Below are positions 1 through 11,126 of a stretch of DNA of 64,000 bases, piece after piece (the stretch's first letter is position 1; each line of letters begins with the position of its first letter). The notes under the pieces were generated by a model. That model was given only the letters and a program-made list of their open reading frames with translations. It was not told where the DNA came from and made no database searches. Where the stretch lies: NCBI GenBank assembly GCA_965216565.1, contig OZ244170.1, forward strand, positions 768,001 to 832,000. The letters are read 5' to 3'. The translations under genes and the position numbers were made by a program. This DNA is from Bythopirellula sp. Its GTDB lineage: Bacteria; Planctomycetota; Planctomycetia; Pirellulales; Lacipirellulaceae.

Positions 1-105
1 TCTAACTACTTCAATGTTTGTGACAGCGGCGTTTAGGCTATTGGCAACCGATCCTAGCAGCAGAAATTGCAGGAGGAGGAATACTCTAGATCTATTTCTC
101 AACAT
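1..105 (-). CDS. N-terminal fragment of a secreted protein (runs off the left edge)
   Basis: Manual translation from ATG at 105 gives MLRNRSRVFLLLQFLLLGSVANSLNAAVTNIEVVR, which is signal-peptide-like. GGAG lies ~10 nt upstream. Not in the ORF track because there is no stop inside the window. Confidence 0.6.
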   Translation of the reverse strand, partial: MLRNRSRVFLLLQFLLLGSVANSLNAAVTNIEVVR

Positions 106-741
106 TGGGTCTAAGCTCCGGTGATTGATTCTTTTGTCATCTCGTAAGTAATTCTGCTATGAGCAAAAAGCTCATAGACTCTTTGCAACCGGGTTTAGCT
201 TCACTAGTCGTTCCTGCCACGTGTTTTGGGGTTTGTCATCAATATTTGTTGGTAGGTCGATATGTTCGTAGGGACACCATTCCAAGCGAGAACCATCGGT
301 AGTCGCTATCTCGTTGCTGATGGAGCTACTGCCAACCGAGTGTTGGCTTTTAGCCGGAACTAATCGAGCAAAGAGCAAAGGCCTTAAACACGGCTGTACG
401 AAAAAACGTACGGATGTGTCTAAGGCCTATGGAGAGTGTCGCAGTAGCGGACTCGCTCGAATTGTCTAAAGAATTTGCAGAAGTTCGTTCCGGGGCAGAA
501 ATGCCAGTTGCGCCGTATTCTAAAGTCCTAAGCACACATTGCAAGTTGTATCCCCGTGAAGATCGGGTTTTTATGCCGAGATTGCTAGCCAAGAATCAAA
601 CCTGAGATTCTCTGTTAGTCGTGGTGTAGCAACGTCTTAGGGGTATTCTAAGCTGGTTCTAGGGCAGGGCCACTGTACTAGCATGGCGGCTGGATATCGC
701 CGCGTGAAGAGACTCTTATTGCTGAGTATTCAGGCTAACAA

Positions 742-796
742 TAGCCGGACCGCCACGCGGTCCGTAGTGCTTCGGAGGCAGGTGTGCCTCCGGCTA
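742..796. repeat. Palindromic REP/MITE-like element family A (TAGCCGGA...TCCGGCTA with GGAGGCACACYTGCCTCC hairpin), copy 1
   Basis: Reverse-orientation copy of the elements at 11607, 18475 and 40601. Confidence 0.8.
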
Positions 797-814
797 AGCC
801 GTCATGTGTCTTAC

Positions 815-1804
815 TTAGCTGACCAAGATGGCTTCGATCTCGGCCAGCTCTTCCGAAGAGAATGTTGGATTATCTAGGCAGCCCATGTTTTGCTCTAGCT
901 GCTCGACACTGCTTGCCCCTAACAGGACGGTCGTAATCCTGGAGTCTTTGCGAATCCATGCCAAAGCGAGTTGGGCCAAGGATTGGCCGCGACGGGAAGC
1001 GATGCCGTTCAACTGCCGGACCTTGCCGATGGTTTCTTCGTTGACTCGGTCTTCTTTTAGAAAGCCGTGAGACTTCGCGGCGCGCGAATCCTCGGGAATG
1101 CCATCGAGATAGCGATCGGTAAGCAGCCCCTGCGCTAAGGGCGAAAACGGTATGCAGCCAACGCCCTCTGCTTCGAGGGTATCCAACAGTCCATCTTCAA
1201 CCCAGCGCTCGAACATGGAATAGCAAGGTTGTTGGATCAGGCAACGGGTGCCCAGCTCCCGAAGGATGCGGCAAGCTTCTTGCGTTTGCTCGACGCCGTA
1301 GTTTGATATTCCGACGTAGAGGGCCTTGCCTTGTTGGACGGCACTGGCCAGCGCTCCCATCGTTTCTTCCAAGGGAGTCTCGGGATCGGGGCGATGAGAG
1401 TAGAAGATATCGACATAATCGAGCCCCAACCGTTGGAGGCTTTGGTCCAGGCTGGAAAGCAAGTACTTCCGCGAACCCCAGTCGCCATAGGGTCCCGGCC
1501 ACATCAGGTAGCCGGCTTTGGAGGAGATGATTAGCTCGTCGCGATAGTTGCCCAGGTCTTCGCGGAGCATCTTGCCGAAACTTTTCTCTGCGGAGCCAGG
1601 CGGCGGCCCGTAGTTGTTCGCCAGGTCGAAATGGGTGATCCCCAGATCGAATGCTCGCAGTGCGATCTCGCGTCCGTTGGCATAATTGTCGACTTCGCCA
1701 AAGTTATGCCACAATCCCAGCGAGATAGCGGGCAATTGGAGTCCGCTCTTTCCACAGCGATGGTAGCTTATCGATTCGTAACGATTGTCGTTAGCTTGAT
1801 ACAT
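815..1804 (-). CDS. mgrA: L-glyceraldehyde 3-phosphate reductase (aldo/keto reductase, MgrA/YghZ)
   Basis: GKSGLQLPAISLGLWHNFG, HFDLANNYGPPPGSAE and WPGPYGDWGSRKY motifs. ATG at 1804 is preferred over TTG at 1816. Confidence 0.92.
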   Translation of the reverse strand: MYQANDNRYESISYHRCGKSGLQLPAISLGLWHNFGEVDNYANGREIALRAFDLGITHFDLANNYGPPPGSAEKSFGKMLREDLGNYRDELIISSKAGYLMWPGPYGDWGSRKYLLSSLDQSLQRLGLDYVDIFYSHRPDPETPLEETMGALASAVQQGKALYVGISNYGVEQTQEACRILRELGTRCLIQQPCYSMFERWVEDGLLDTLEAEGVGCIPFSPLAQGLLTDRYLDGIPEDSRAAKSHGFLKEDRVNEETIGKVRQLNGIASRRGQSLAQLALAWIRKDSRITTVLLGASSVEQLEQNMGCLDNPTFSSEELAEIEAILVS

Positions 1805-1874
1805 TGCATTTCTCAAAAGTTATCTTGAACGTTTGGGGATATTTGTTCTCTGTCTACGTGGCCGCGTCAGTAGC

Positions 1875-1935
1875 TGCCATGCCGGGGTCTGCTGAGGCAT
1901 GTGGCTAGATTTCTCGGCGGACCTCGAAATGACAA
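1875..1935. repeat. Palindromic element family B (GTCATYYCGAGG...CCTCGRAATGAC), degenerate copy
   Basis: Related to 19663-19724 and 22100-22218. Confidence 0.75.
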
Positions 1936-1985
1936 TACGCTTCGCGTTTGTGTTTGCTGATTCACCCGGAGGTTACCAAGGGTCC

Positions 1986-2070
1986 GTCGAAAATAGGGAC
2001 AGGCACAACGACACAGCTTGCGATTGGGTTCAAACGGTGCTCGAGCGTCGAGCCAGTCCCTATTTTCGAC
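1986..2070. repeat. Palindromic element family C (GGGACAGGCAC...GAGCCAGTCCC), copy 1
   Basis: Terminal inverted repeat GTCGAAAATAGGGAC/GTCCCTATTTTCGAC. Related copies at 29269 and 49831. Confidence 0.8.
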
Positions 2071-2117
2071 TCCCAACTGTGAGTTGTAGTCTTAGCGTGC
2101 TTCAAAAAAGACGTCTT

Positions 2118-2543
2118 CTAGTTTTTCTTCTTAACAATCTCCTGCACTTTCTTTCGCAAGTCGTCGCTGTTCCAGCCTTGACGTTCTGCTTCGGCCAGAA
2201 CGCGTCGCTGTTGGTCGTGGGGTAATCTGGCTACCGCGGCGTGTGCCGACCAGGATAAATTTGGTCGACGGTTCTTTGCTGGGACACGCCGAGCGACCGA
2301 GGCATAACGGCTGACCATTTCTGTGGAGAGCGTTCCCCCACAAACCTCGGCGAACTCTTCGCCATGCAAATCTTCCCCCGCGTTGATCATGTCGCCAATC
2401 CACCAGGGGCTTGCTCGTTGGCACCAGAGAGCAAACTGCAGCGGGCCAGCCCATTCGCTGAGCGAAGGTCTTCCCTGTACTTTGACATGGGCTGGTTGGA
2501 ATTGAAATGGTCCCAGCCCCATTTTAGGTTCGTTGGTTGCCAT
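2118..2543 (-). CDS. LmbU-like putative transcriptional regulator
   Basis: SPWWIGD..YASVARR..RRPNLSWSAHAAVARLP..QRRVLAEAE..GW..DLR follows the LmbU family pattern. Confidence 0.6.
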   Translation of the reverse strand: MATNEPKMGLGPFQFQPAHVKVQGRPSLSEWAGPLQFALWCQRASPWWIGDMINAGEDLHGEEFAEVCGGTLSTEMVSRYASVARRVPAKNRRPNLSWSAHAAVARLPHDQQRRVLAEAERQGWNSDDLRKKVQEIVKKKN

Positions 2544-2613
2544 GCTGTTTCGTAGGAATAGGTGCTAAAGGATCGTAGCTGCCCGTAGATTTTACGTGAG
2601 TTATCTCCGATAA

Positions 2614-3678
<1,065 letters not shown>

Positions 3679-3702
3679 GAAGTCTAGCGCGGTTGACGCT
3701 AA

Positions 3703-4248
3703 TCAATTCATCATGAAGTAGGGCAAGCCAAACCATCCCAATGCAGTGATTGCCAAGAGGGCTGTGAACTTTGGGAGCGACAAGTTTCGATCGATCCGCA
3801 GTAGAGAGATTGTCATCAGAAAACTGGCCAAGAGACAATGCCAGCCATAGATGCCAATCGTAGGCCAATAGGGATTCCAAACCAGATCTGCCGCTCCTCG
3901 TTTTTCCGAGAAGGGGCCACCGGGTAGATTGCTGCCCGCGGTAAATAACTCCCAATAGGCTAAGAGGAAGAAAATGGCGCCCAAAATTGCTTCCACAATG
4001 GCATAGCGAGACGAGATCGGCTGTCCGCAATCGCGGCATTTGCCGCGCAGCATCAGCCAACCCAGGACTGGCACGTTGTCACGGGCTCGAATTGGGTGTT
4101 TGCAGTTCGGGCAATGAGAAGAACGCCACACGACCGACATGCCCAGCGGCAGTCGATAAGCAACCACATTCAAAAAGCTGCCCACGCAAGCGCCCACAAA
4201 ACCAAGCCAGAGGGCGGTGATCAAATCGATGGATGCATGTGGCGTCAA
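3703..4248 (-). CDS. Prepilin peptidase N-terminal (A24 N-terminal Zn-binding) domain protein
   Basis: GSFLNVVAYRLP, SHCPNC, DNVPVLGWLMLRGKCRDC. No GxGD catalytic motif. Confidence 0.85.
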   Translation of the reverse strand: MTPHASIDLITALWLGFVGACVGSFLNVVAYRLPLGMSVVWRSSHCPNCKHPIRARDNVPVLGWLMLRGKCRDCGQPISSRYAIVEAILGAIFFLLAYWELFTAGSNLPGGPFSEKRGAADLVWNPYWPTIGIYGWHCLLASFLMTISLLRIDRNLSLPKFTALLAITALGWFGLPYFMMN

Positions 4249-4384
4249 CTATTCGTTCCTTTGCAATGGCCCCTGGATACTGCCTGCAGTGAAGCTTGCC
4301 ACTTGGCAGGCGGAAGTTCTGCTTTAGAATCAATTCCACTTGTTACCAATTTATCGGACATCTCGCCGTTGAGGATAGAACAAT

Positions 4385-5110
4385 ATGCTTGAGTATCGCT
4401 TTAGAATGTCGCGTCTAGCCGTATTCGTAACGGCTTTGTTGGTTAGTTCTCCAACATTCGGAGAATCGGCGGCACTTGTCGAGTCGGAACCTCAACAGGA
4501 AACATCCTGGGTGGATCTGCTTGGTGACAACTACAAGCAACTGTGGCGGGGATATAAAGAGAAGAGCTGGCCTCAGGGTTGGAAGGTGGAGGACGGTGTG
4601 CTCTCGCGATTCGATGGCGGCGGCGACATCATAACCACGAAGAAATATGCGAGTTTCGAATTGCAGTTGGAATGGAAGATTTCTAAGGACGGCAACAGCG
4701 GCATTATGTACCGCGTGCGGACCGGAGACGATGCCCCCTATTTCTCGGGCCCCGAGTACCAAATTTTAGACAACAAGGGCCATCAGGATGGTGCTAACTT
4801 GTCGACATCTTCCGGGGCTCTTTACGCGCTGTACGCTCCAGAAAAAGATTGGACAAAGCCTGTTGGAAAATGGAATACGACTCGCATCGTTGTTCGTGAC
4901 CAACATGTTCAGCATTGGCTCAATGGACACAAGACGGTGGACTGCACGATAGGCAGCGATGATTGGAACGAGCGATACGAGAAAAGCAAATTCAAGGAGT
5001 GGGAACAGTTTGCCAAGAGTGCTGAGGGCCACATCGCGCTCCAAGATCATGGCAATTTGGTTTGGTATCGCAACGTGCGGATAAGAAGTTTGCCAAACAA
5101 GAAGCCGTGA
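4385..5110 (+). CDS. Secreted DUF1080 (3-keto-disaccharide hydrolase family) protein
   Basis: GNSGIMYR, GPEYQILD, GHIALQDHG and VWYRNVRIR motifs, plus a signal peptide. Confidence 0.9.
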   Translation: MLEYRFRMSRLAVFVTALLVSSPTFGESAALVESEPQQETSWVDLLGDNYKQLWRGYKEKSWPQGWKVEDGVLSRFDGGGDIITTKKYASFELQLEWKISKDGNSGIMYRVRTGDDAPYFSGPEYQILDNKGHQDGANLSTSSGALYALYAPEKDWTKPVGKWNTTRIVVRDQHVQHWLNGHKTVDCTIGSDDWNERYEKSKFKEWEQFAKSAEGHIALQDHGNLVWYRNVRIRSLPNKKP

Positions 5111-5289
5111 TTGATCTTGCCGGTAGGAAAACTGATTAACGCGGTGGGGCAGGTCCATCCTGTCCCACGGGCATCTACTGGAGCAGTCTGCTCTGTTTTC
5201 CTGCCAAGTGCCGTTGGTTAAAGCAGCTTCTACTAGTTAAAGTGGATAGTTCCCGCGGTCCCCTCACTCCTTCCTCAGTCTCGACCAGT

Positions 5290-8200
5290 ATGGCAAGCGA
5301 TCCACGGCTATCCGACCAGCAGCTTGCCGATATCAACAAAGCGGGTGCCCGACGCCTACTTTCAGGCAGCTTTCTCGGGCTACTGCTAACCCAGTTTCTG
5401 GGTGCGGCGAATGATAACATTTTACGCTGGCTGGTCATCGGTTTGGGAAAAGACTTTGTCACCGAAGATCGTGTTGGCTGGATTCTCGCCATGGGCAGCG
5501 CGTCGTTTGTGTTGCCATACGTGCTGCTCGCCGCGCCGGCCGGCTATTTAGCCGATCGATTTAGCAAGCAAAAAGTCATCGTCCTCTGTAAGACGGCCGA
5601 GATCTTTATCATGATCTTTGCTGTTATCGCGATCAGTTTTGGTAGCGTGCCGATGATGCTTGCCATCGTGGCAGCCATGGGAGCTCAGAGTGCCCTGTTC
5701 GGTCCGTCCAAGCTGGGCAGCATTCCCGAGATGCTGCACGAATCGAAGATCTCCTCGGCAAATGGCGTGCTGGAACTGGTAACGGTAGTTGCCGTGACTG
5801 TGGGGATGATCCTTGGCAACGTATTGACCGACGTCGTTGGTTATCGAGGCGAAGAGCGACTATGGATTGCGGGAGTGGCCTTGGTCGGTTTTGCCCTCTT
5901 GGGGCTCGCGGCTAGTCTGTTAATCGCCAGGCTTCCGATCGCCAATGCCAGCCGACATTTCCCCTGGGACGCCATCCGGCAAACCTATCGCGACGTGAGC
6001 AAGCTCACGAGCGATCGGGCGATGCTCCGAATTGCATTGGGAATTATGTTTTTCTGGTCGCTGGCGATGCTTGCGCAATTAAATATCGATCGATTTGCGT
6101 TTGAAGGAGGTGCTACGAAACAGACCCAGGTCGCTCCGTTACTATTGGCATTGGTCGGTGGTGTTGGCCTGGGCAGTGTCTTGGCGGGGATTTGGTCGAG
6201 TGGCCGTGTGGAACTTGGTATTTTGCCGTTGGGCGCTGGCGGTTTGGCATTCAGTGCCCTCATGCTGTTCACGGTCGAAGGCGAACTTTACGATCCCAGT
6301 AAGCACTGGACAATTAGCTATGTCGGAGCGTCCTTGTTGCTTTTTTCCTTGGGAATGTTCGCAGGGCTTTTCAATGTGCCTTTGGCTGCCTACATGCAGC
6401 GTTACAGCAAACCCAAAGATCGCGGGACGATCCTGGCGGCGAGCAACTTTCTGACGTTTGCCGGCATGCTGGTGACTTCGCTGCTGTTTTGGTTGCTAAC
6501 GACAAAACTGAACTTCTCACCGCGCCAAGTGTTCTTGCTGTGCGGAATTGTCACGTTGCCGGTTTTGATTTATATCGTCTGCATCATTCCGCAGGCATCG
6601 ATACGCTTCTTCGCCTGGATGGTGACTCACACGATGTACAAAATTCGTGTCTTGGGTCGCGAGAATCTACCGGAAAAAGGGGCGGCGTTGCTGGCCCCCA
6701 ATCATATTTCGTGGCTGGATGGGTTGTTCTTGGTTGCCATTTCACCGCGGCCTATTCGGCTGGTCATCGCAGACGATTTGGTGCAAAAGTGGTGGGCGCG
6801 AGGGCTGGCCAAAGTGATGGGGGCCATTCCAATTCGCCGCCGTGCCCCCCGGGCCACACTCAATGCCATTGAAACTGCTCGCGAGGCGTTAAAAAATGGC
6901 GAATTGGTGTGCGTTTTCCCCGAAGGCAAGGTGACGCGCTCCGGGCAGCTTCAGGAATTTCGCGCAAGCACACTCGATCTTATTCGGGGAACCTCCGCCT
7001 CGGTGATTCCTGTCTACCTGGATGAGCTGTGGGGCAGTATCTTTAGTTTTCGCGGCGGCCGCTTTTTTTGGAAATGGCCAAGTTTACGAGCACGGCCTGT
7101 TTCGATTTGGTTTGGCAGCCCGATCGCCAGCCCCGAAAGTATTCATACAGTTCGCCAAGCCGTGCAGGACCTCGGTGCCGAGGCCGTGGCAGGAAGGAAA
7201 GGACGCATGATGGTTCTACCCCGATTGATGTTGCGAAAGTGTCGCAAGGCGATGTTCAGCATGAAGATTGCAGATTCGACCGGTTCGCAAGTGACCGGCG
7301 GAATGTTGCTGATGCGTTCGCTAATTCTCCGCCGTTTGCTGAAGAAGCATACATTGACCTCGGACGAGAAGTATGTCGGCATCCTGCTTCCGCCATCGGT
7401 TGGTGGTGTGATTACCAATGCCGCGGTAACCCTGGCCGGTAAGGTGACCGCGAATCTGAACTACACCGTTACCAGTGAAGTGCTGAATGCCTGCATCCGT
7501 AAGGGAAATATCAAGCATGTGCTGACGAGCCGTAAGGTGATCGACAAACTCGACTTGGATATCGATGCCGAAGTCGTTGCGTTAGAAGATTTCGCCGACA
7601 AGGTGACTTTGTTCGACAAGTTGGTAGGGGGGCTGTTGGCGTTCGCCACTCCCTTGCCATTGCTCGAGCGTATTCTTGGCACGAACAAACTTACCGGCGA
7701 TGACGAACTCACGGTGATCTTTACCTCTGGATCAACCGGCATTCCTAAGGGCGTCGTACTGACCAACCACAATATTGGCTCCAACGTAGAGGCCATTGAC
7801 CACGTGGTGCACCTTCGCGCCGATGACACGCTGCTAGGGATCTTGCCGTTTTTTCACTCTTTTGGTTTCACTGTCACACTATGGACCATGTTGGGCTTGG
7901 ATGTTCGGTGCGTTTATCACTTCACCCCTCTCGATGCCAAGGCGGTTAGCAAATTGGCAGGTAGATGGGGAGCAACCGTGCTGCTGGCCACGCCGACTTT
8001 CTTGAGATCTTATATGCGACGCTGTTCGGTCGAAGATTTCTCGAAGTTAGAAATTGTGGTCGCCGGTGCTGAAAAGTTGCCTATTGAGCTGTGCGACAAG
8101 TTTGAAGAAAAGTTTGGCGTGCGACCCGTCGAAGGTTACGGAGCAACGGAGCTTTCGCCGCTGGTGTCAGTCAACGTTCCGCCGCAACGATCGCAAACCG

Positions 8201-8796
8201 AGGAAACAGACTTGAAGGAGGGCACCGTTGGCAGACCTGTCCCTGGAGTGACGGCAAAGACGGTCGATCCAGACACCCTGTCCGACCTGCCCTTGGGCAC
8301 TCCAGGCATGTTGCTCGTGAAGGGCCCGAATGTCATGCGTGGCTACTTAGGTGACGACGACAAAACAGCAGAAGTTGTTCGCGACGGTTGGTACGTCACC
8401 GGCGACATGGCCGAAATCGATAAGCAAGGGTTCATTCGCATAACGGGACGTCTCAGCCGGTTCTCCAAGATCGGCGGCGAAATGGTTCCGCACGAAAATA
8501 TCGAGGAAGCCATTCGGACGTACGTCCAAGGCGACGACGAAGAGGGTGTGCTAGTTGCTGTAACAGCAGTGCCTGACCTGAAGAAGGGCGAACGGCTAAT
8601 CGTCTTGCACCGTGAATTGAGATTCACCTCAGAACAAATTCGGGCGCATCTCACTCAGCAAGGATTGCCGAATCTATGGATTCCTTCCCAGGACAGCTTT
8701 CTGCAAGTCGATGAAATACCGGTGCTGGGAACCGGGAAGCTCGATCTCAAAGGACTGGCAGAATACGCGAAGAATCACTTCGGCACGGAGAACTGA
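5290..8796 (+). CDS. aas: Aas-type fusion: LplT-like MFS + acyltransferase + acyl-ACP synthetase
   Basis: TQFLGAANDN MFS start, NHISWLD and FPEG acyltransferase motifs, FTSGSTGIPKG and EGYGATE AMP-binding motifs. Confidence 0.92.
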   Translation: MASDPRLSDQQLADINKAGARRLLSGSFLGLLLTQFLGAANDNILRWLVIGLGKDFVTEDRVGWILAMGSASFVLPYVLLAAPAGYLADRFSKQKVIVLCKTAEIFIMIFAVIAISFGSVPMMLAIVAAMGAQSALFGPSKLGSIPEMLHESKISSANGVLELVTVVAVTVGMILGNVLTDVVGYRGEERLWIAGVALVGFALLGLAASLLIARLPIANASRHFPWDAIRQTYRDVSKLTSDRAMLRIALGIMFFWSLAMLAQLNIDRFAFEGGATKQTQVAPLLLALVGGVGLGSVLAGIWSSGRVELGILPLGAGGLAFSALMLFTVEGELYDPSKHWTISYVGASLLLFSLGMFAGLFNVPLAAYMQRYSKPKDRGTILAASNFLTFAGMLVTSLLFWLLTTKLNFSPRQVFLLCGIVTLPVLIYIVCIIPQASIRFFAWMVTHTMYKIRVLGRENLPEKGAALLAPNHISWLDGLFLVAISPRPIRLVIADDLVQKWWARGLAKVMGAIPIRRRAPRATLNAIETAREALKNGELVCVFPEGKVTRSGQLQEFRASTLDLIRGTSASVIPVYLDELWGSIFSFRGGRFFWKWPSLRARPVSIWFGSPIASPESIHTVRQAVQDLGAEAVAGRKGRMMVLPRLMLRKCRKAMFSMKIADSTGSQVTGGMLLMRSLILRRLLKKHTLTSDEKYVGILLPPSVGGVITNAAVTLAGKVTANLNYTVTSEVLNACIRKGNIKHVLTSRKVIDKLDLDIDAEVVALEDFADKVTLFDKLVGGLLAFATPLPLLERILGTNKLTGDDELTVIFTSGSTGIPKGVVLTNHNIGSNVEAIDHVVHLRADDTLLGILPFFHSFGFTVTLWTMLGLDVRCVYHFTPLDAKAVSKLAGRWGATVLLATPTFLRSYMRRCSVEDFSKLEIVVAGAEKLPIELCDKFEEKFGVRPVEGYGATELSPLVSVNVPPQRSQTEETDLKEGTVGRPVPGVTAKTVDPDTLSDLPLGTPGMLLVKGPNVMRGYLGDDDKTAEVVRDGWYVTGDMAEIDKQGFIRITGRLSRFSKIGGEMVPHENIEEAIRTYVQGDDEEGVLVAVTAVPDLKKGERLIVLHRELRFTSEQIRAHLTQQGLPNLWIPSQDSFLQVDEIPVLGTGKLDLKGLAEYAKNHFGTEN

Positions 8797-8808
8797 CCTT
8801 ATCTCGAG

Positions 8809-9654
8809 TCAGTCGACTTTACTTGCCAGGCGTGCCTTAGCCGGTTCGAGCGTAGATTGAGCATTGCAATCGTAGGCAATCTTCACGAGTTCGCTTTTGC
8901 TAGCCTCTGATACGTGCGGCAAGCTGTTGGTGAGTCTGGCGATTGTTGCGGGGCGGAGTTCCGCGGCTTGCGACATGCTGCTGATGAACTGCATTGTGTC
9001 GGAAAAGTTTCGATCTGCAGACTTTCCTACGAGGGGGTGAATGGCGCGGGCAAATAGCTCCAAGCTGGCACGATCGATTTTCACAAAAGTGTCGAACCTG
9101 GCTGCCACGTAGTTTCTACCGTTGGTTTCTTTCATGGAACCACTGCGTAGTACCATCACGCACTGGGCGCGGACTGGTTTTTTGAATGGTTTTCCTTCGT
9201 ACTGCCCCTCAGCGTACATCACTACGCGGTTTTGGGCATGGGAGTCGCACTTTTGCTCGACGATGACCAGCTTTCCCTCGGTGCCAACATTATCGGCCAA
9301 GCGGAAATTGTTCTCGCTGGTTTTCACTAGCTCGACATTGCTGATACCGAGCTGTCGCCAGATTTGCACCAGCGCATCTGGGTTTTGGACCAAGTAGGTA
9401 AACATTGGCGGATGACAATCGACGGTCATCGTTGGCAAGCGTCGATAGAGGCTCGCGTTATTCACCACGTGCATAACTTTCCGGCGATACTCCGGCGCAA
9501 TCCTCTTTAAGGGAATGGCGCGCACGGCCTCACGACGAGCCGCTTTCGAGGTCGTGGACGACGAGTTCTCCGCAGCGGAGAGTGTTGGGCTACTCCCAAT
9601 GATGGCCGCAATGCAAAGCGGCACCATGAGCGCACGAATAGTCCGAGTTGGCAT
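8809..9654 (-). CDS. Secreted hypothetical protein
   Basis: 281-aa ORF with a signal peptide. Confidence 0.75.
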   Translation of the reverse strand: MPTRTIRALMVPLCIAAIIGSSPTLSAAENSSSTTSKAARREAVRAIPLKRIAPEYRRKVMHVVNNASLYRRLPTMTVDCHPPMFTYLVQNPDALVQIWRQLGISNVELVKTSENNFRLADNVGTEGKLVIVEQKCDSHAQNRVVMYAEGQYEGKPFKKPVRAQCVMVLRSGSMKETNGRNYVAARFDTFVKIDRASLELFARAIHPLVGKSADRNFSDTMQFISSMSQAAELRPATIARLTNSLPHVSEASKSELVKIAYDCNAQSTLEPAKARLASKVD

Positions 9655-9851
9655 GCAGTTCCCCCCTGATGCGCACCCGCTGTTGGAAAGATTTGCGGGT
9701 CGTAGAACTATTTCGGCCAGTTCGACCCCGACACCGCACTATTTTTGGGAGTGCTGCGTCAGCATTGCTAGCACACAGGCGGCCTTGTGCCTGTGCTCGC
9801 AATGCTCGACAATCCGCGCCGTCACTCCACCGACGTTTGGAATCGACCGAC

Positions 9852-11126
9852 ATGAGCACTGAAAAAATCAGCGAATCCCTGGCGCAATTGGCAACCTTGT
9901 TTGTCTTTTGCGTGGCGTGTTTGCTAGTAGCTTGGGAGTGTTGGCCTCGCGTAGGCCAATGGCATAAGCGACATTTGGCCGGTCAGCTAGCGTCGCAAAT
10001 TGAACAGGCGCCGGAAGAAGAAGCAGAGCTCCTAGTCCACGAGCTAGCAGGATTGGGAACTGCCGCGGTCGATGAACTCGTTGCGGGCACGCTCTCTCAG
10101 CGGACGCTCGTCGCCGAAGCCGCCAGGTCGGAAATCGACGATGCTTTTGCAAATCATAGAATCCTGCTTGGACGCGGCAATCCAGAAGCCAGCATCCAAT
10201 TACTCGTCGATTTGTCCAAGGCTTTGGCAGAAAATTCGCCGCAATTCGGACCTCGCGGCAGGCGTTGGGCCGAATCGCTGATGTTGAAATTGGTAGATTT
10301 GACGGAACAGATTCCACCCGCCCCGGCTGCGATCATCCTAGAGCACAGTTCCCAGCTTTTGGCCGAGATCCCGCCGAACGGGCCTCGACAACAATCGTTG
10401 ATCACAAATGTGTCGCCACAGTCAGAGACGCAAGATGTCGTCACGCTGGGGCCCCCCAGCGTCGATCTGCAGACGCTTGCTGTTCCGACAGAGCAAACAC
10501 TAGCTCGGGCACAACCGCCCGCCAGCCAGCCCACCACGCAGTCACTTGCCCGACCCGTCACACCCATCGCGCCACAAGAGCCAACCGATCCGGAACCGGC
10601 CCAGGTCGATACCAAGGTTACTACCCTGCCTTGGGTCAGCTCGGGGAAATCTTCCTTGTCGGTCGAAGTCGACGAACCATCGCCTCCACGCCACCGCAGT
10701 GGGCTTGTCGATGTGCCCTCGCCAGGGCAAACCCAGCGCAGGGTCGCCCAACTGCGAACTCTGTCGACTCGGGTGCTACTGGAGAAACTGCCTCACGCCG
10801 AACAATTCTTGGCTGGACCTATTCGCTACGTGCTTGAGCGCCGGGGCATTAGTGAGGCAGAAATCGAAATGACGTCTTCAGTCTTTGCCGGCGATGTGGC
10901 ACAGCGATTGGCGCTGGTTGAGCAAACTGCCAAGTTGCCAGCCACCTCGGCACGCCGCCTGCTTCGCTTGATGCTAGAAGACTCTCACGCGGATGTTCGT
11001 CTCAGGGCTCTAACAACCTTGGCCACGATGAACGATCCTCAGCTCGCCAGTCTCGCCAAAGAGATCACCATTCGCGACAAGGATCCCCGCGTCGCCGATC
11101 TCGCAGCGGAACTGATGCGGAAGTAG
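9852..11126 (+). CDS. Membrane-anchored protein with Pro-rich linker and C-terminal HEAT-like repeat
   Basis: N-terminal TM segment and LEDSHADVRLRALTTL..DKDPRVADLA. ATG at 9852 is preferred. Confidence 0.75.
   Translation: MSTEKISESLAQLATLFVFCVACLLVAWECWPRVGQWHKRHLAGQLASQIEQAPEEEAELLVHELAGLGTAAVDELVAGTLSQRTLVAEAARSEIDDAFANHRILLGRGNPEASIQLLVDLSKALAENSPQFGPRGRRWAESLMLKLVDLTEQIPPAPAAIILEHSSQLLAEIPPNGPRQQSLITNVSPQSETQDVVTLGPPSVDLQTLAVPTEQTLARAQPPASQPTTQSLARPVTPIAPQEPTDPEPAQVDTKVTTLPWVSSGKSSLSVEVDEPSPPRHRSGLVDVPSPGQTQRRVAQLRTLSTRVLLEKLPHAEQFLAGPIRYVLERRGISEAEIEMTSSVFAGDVAQRLALVEQTAKLPATSARRLLRLMLEDSHADVRLRALTTLATMNDPQLASLAKEITIRDKDPRVADLAAELMRK

Noticed and set aside
172..605. Short ORFs in the lower-GC left end
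   Set aside because: No motifs or convincing RBS. Probably non-coding or decayed.
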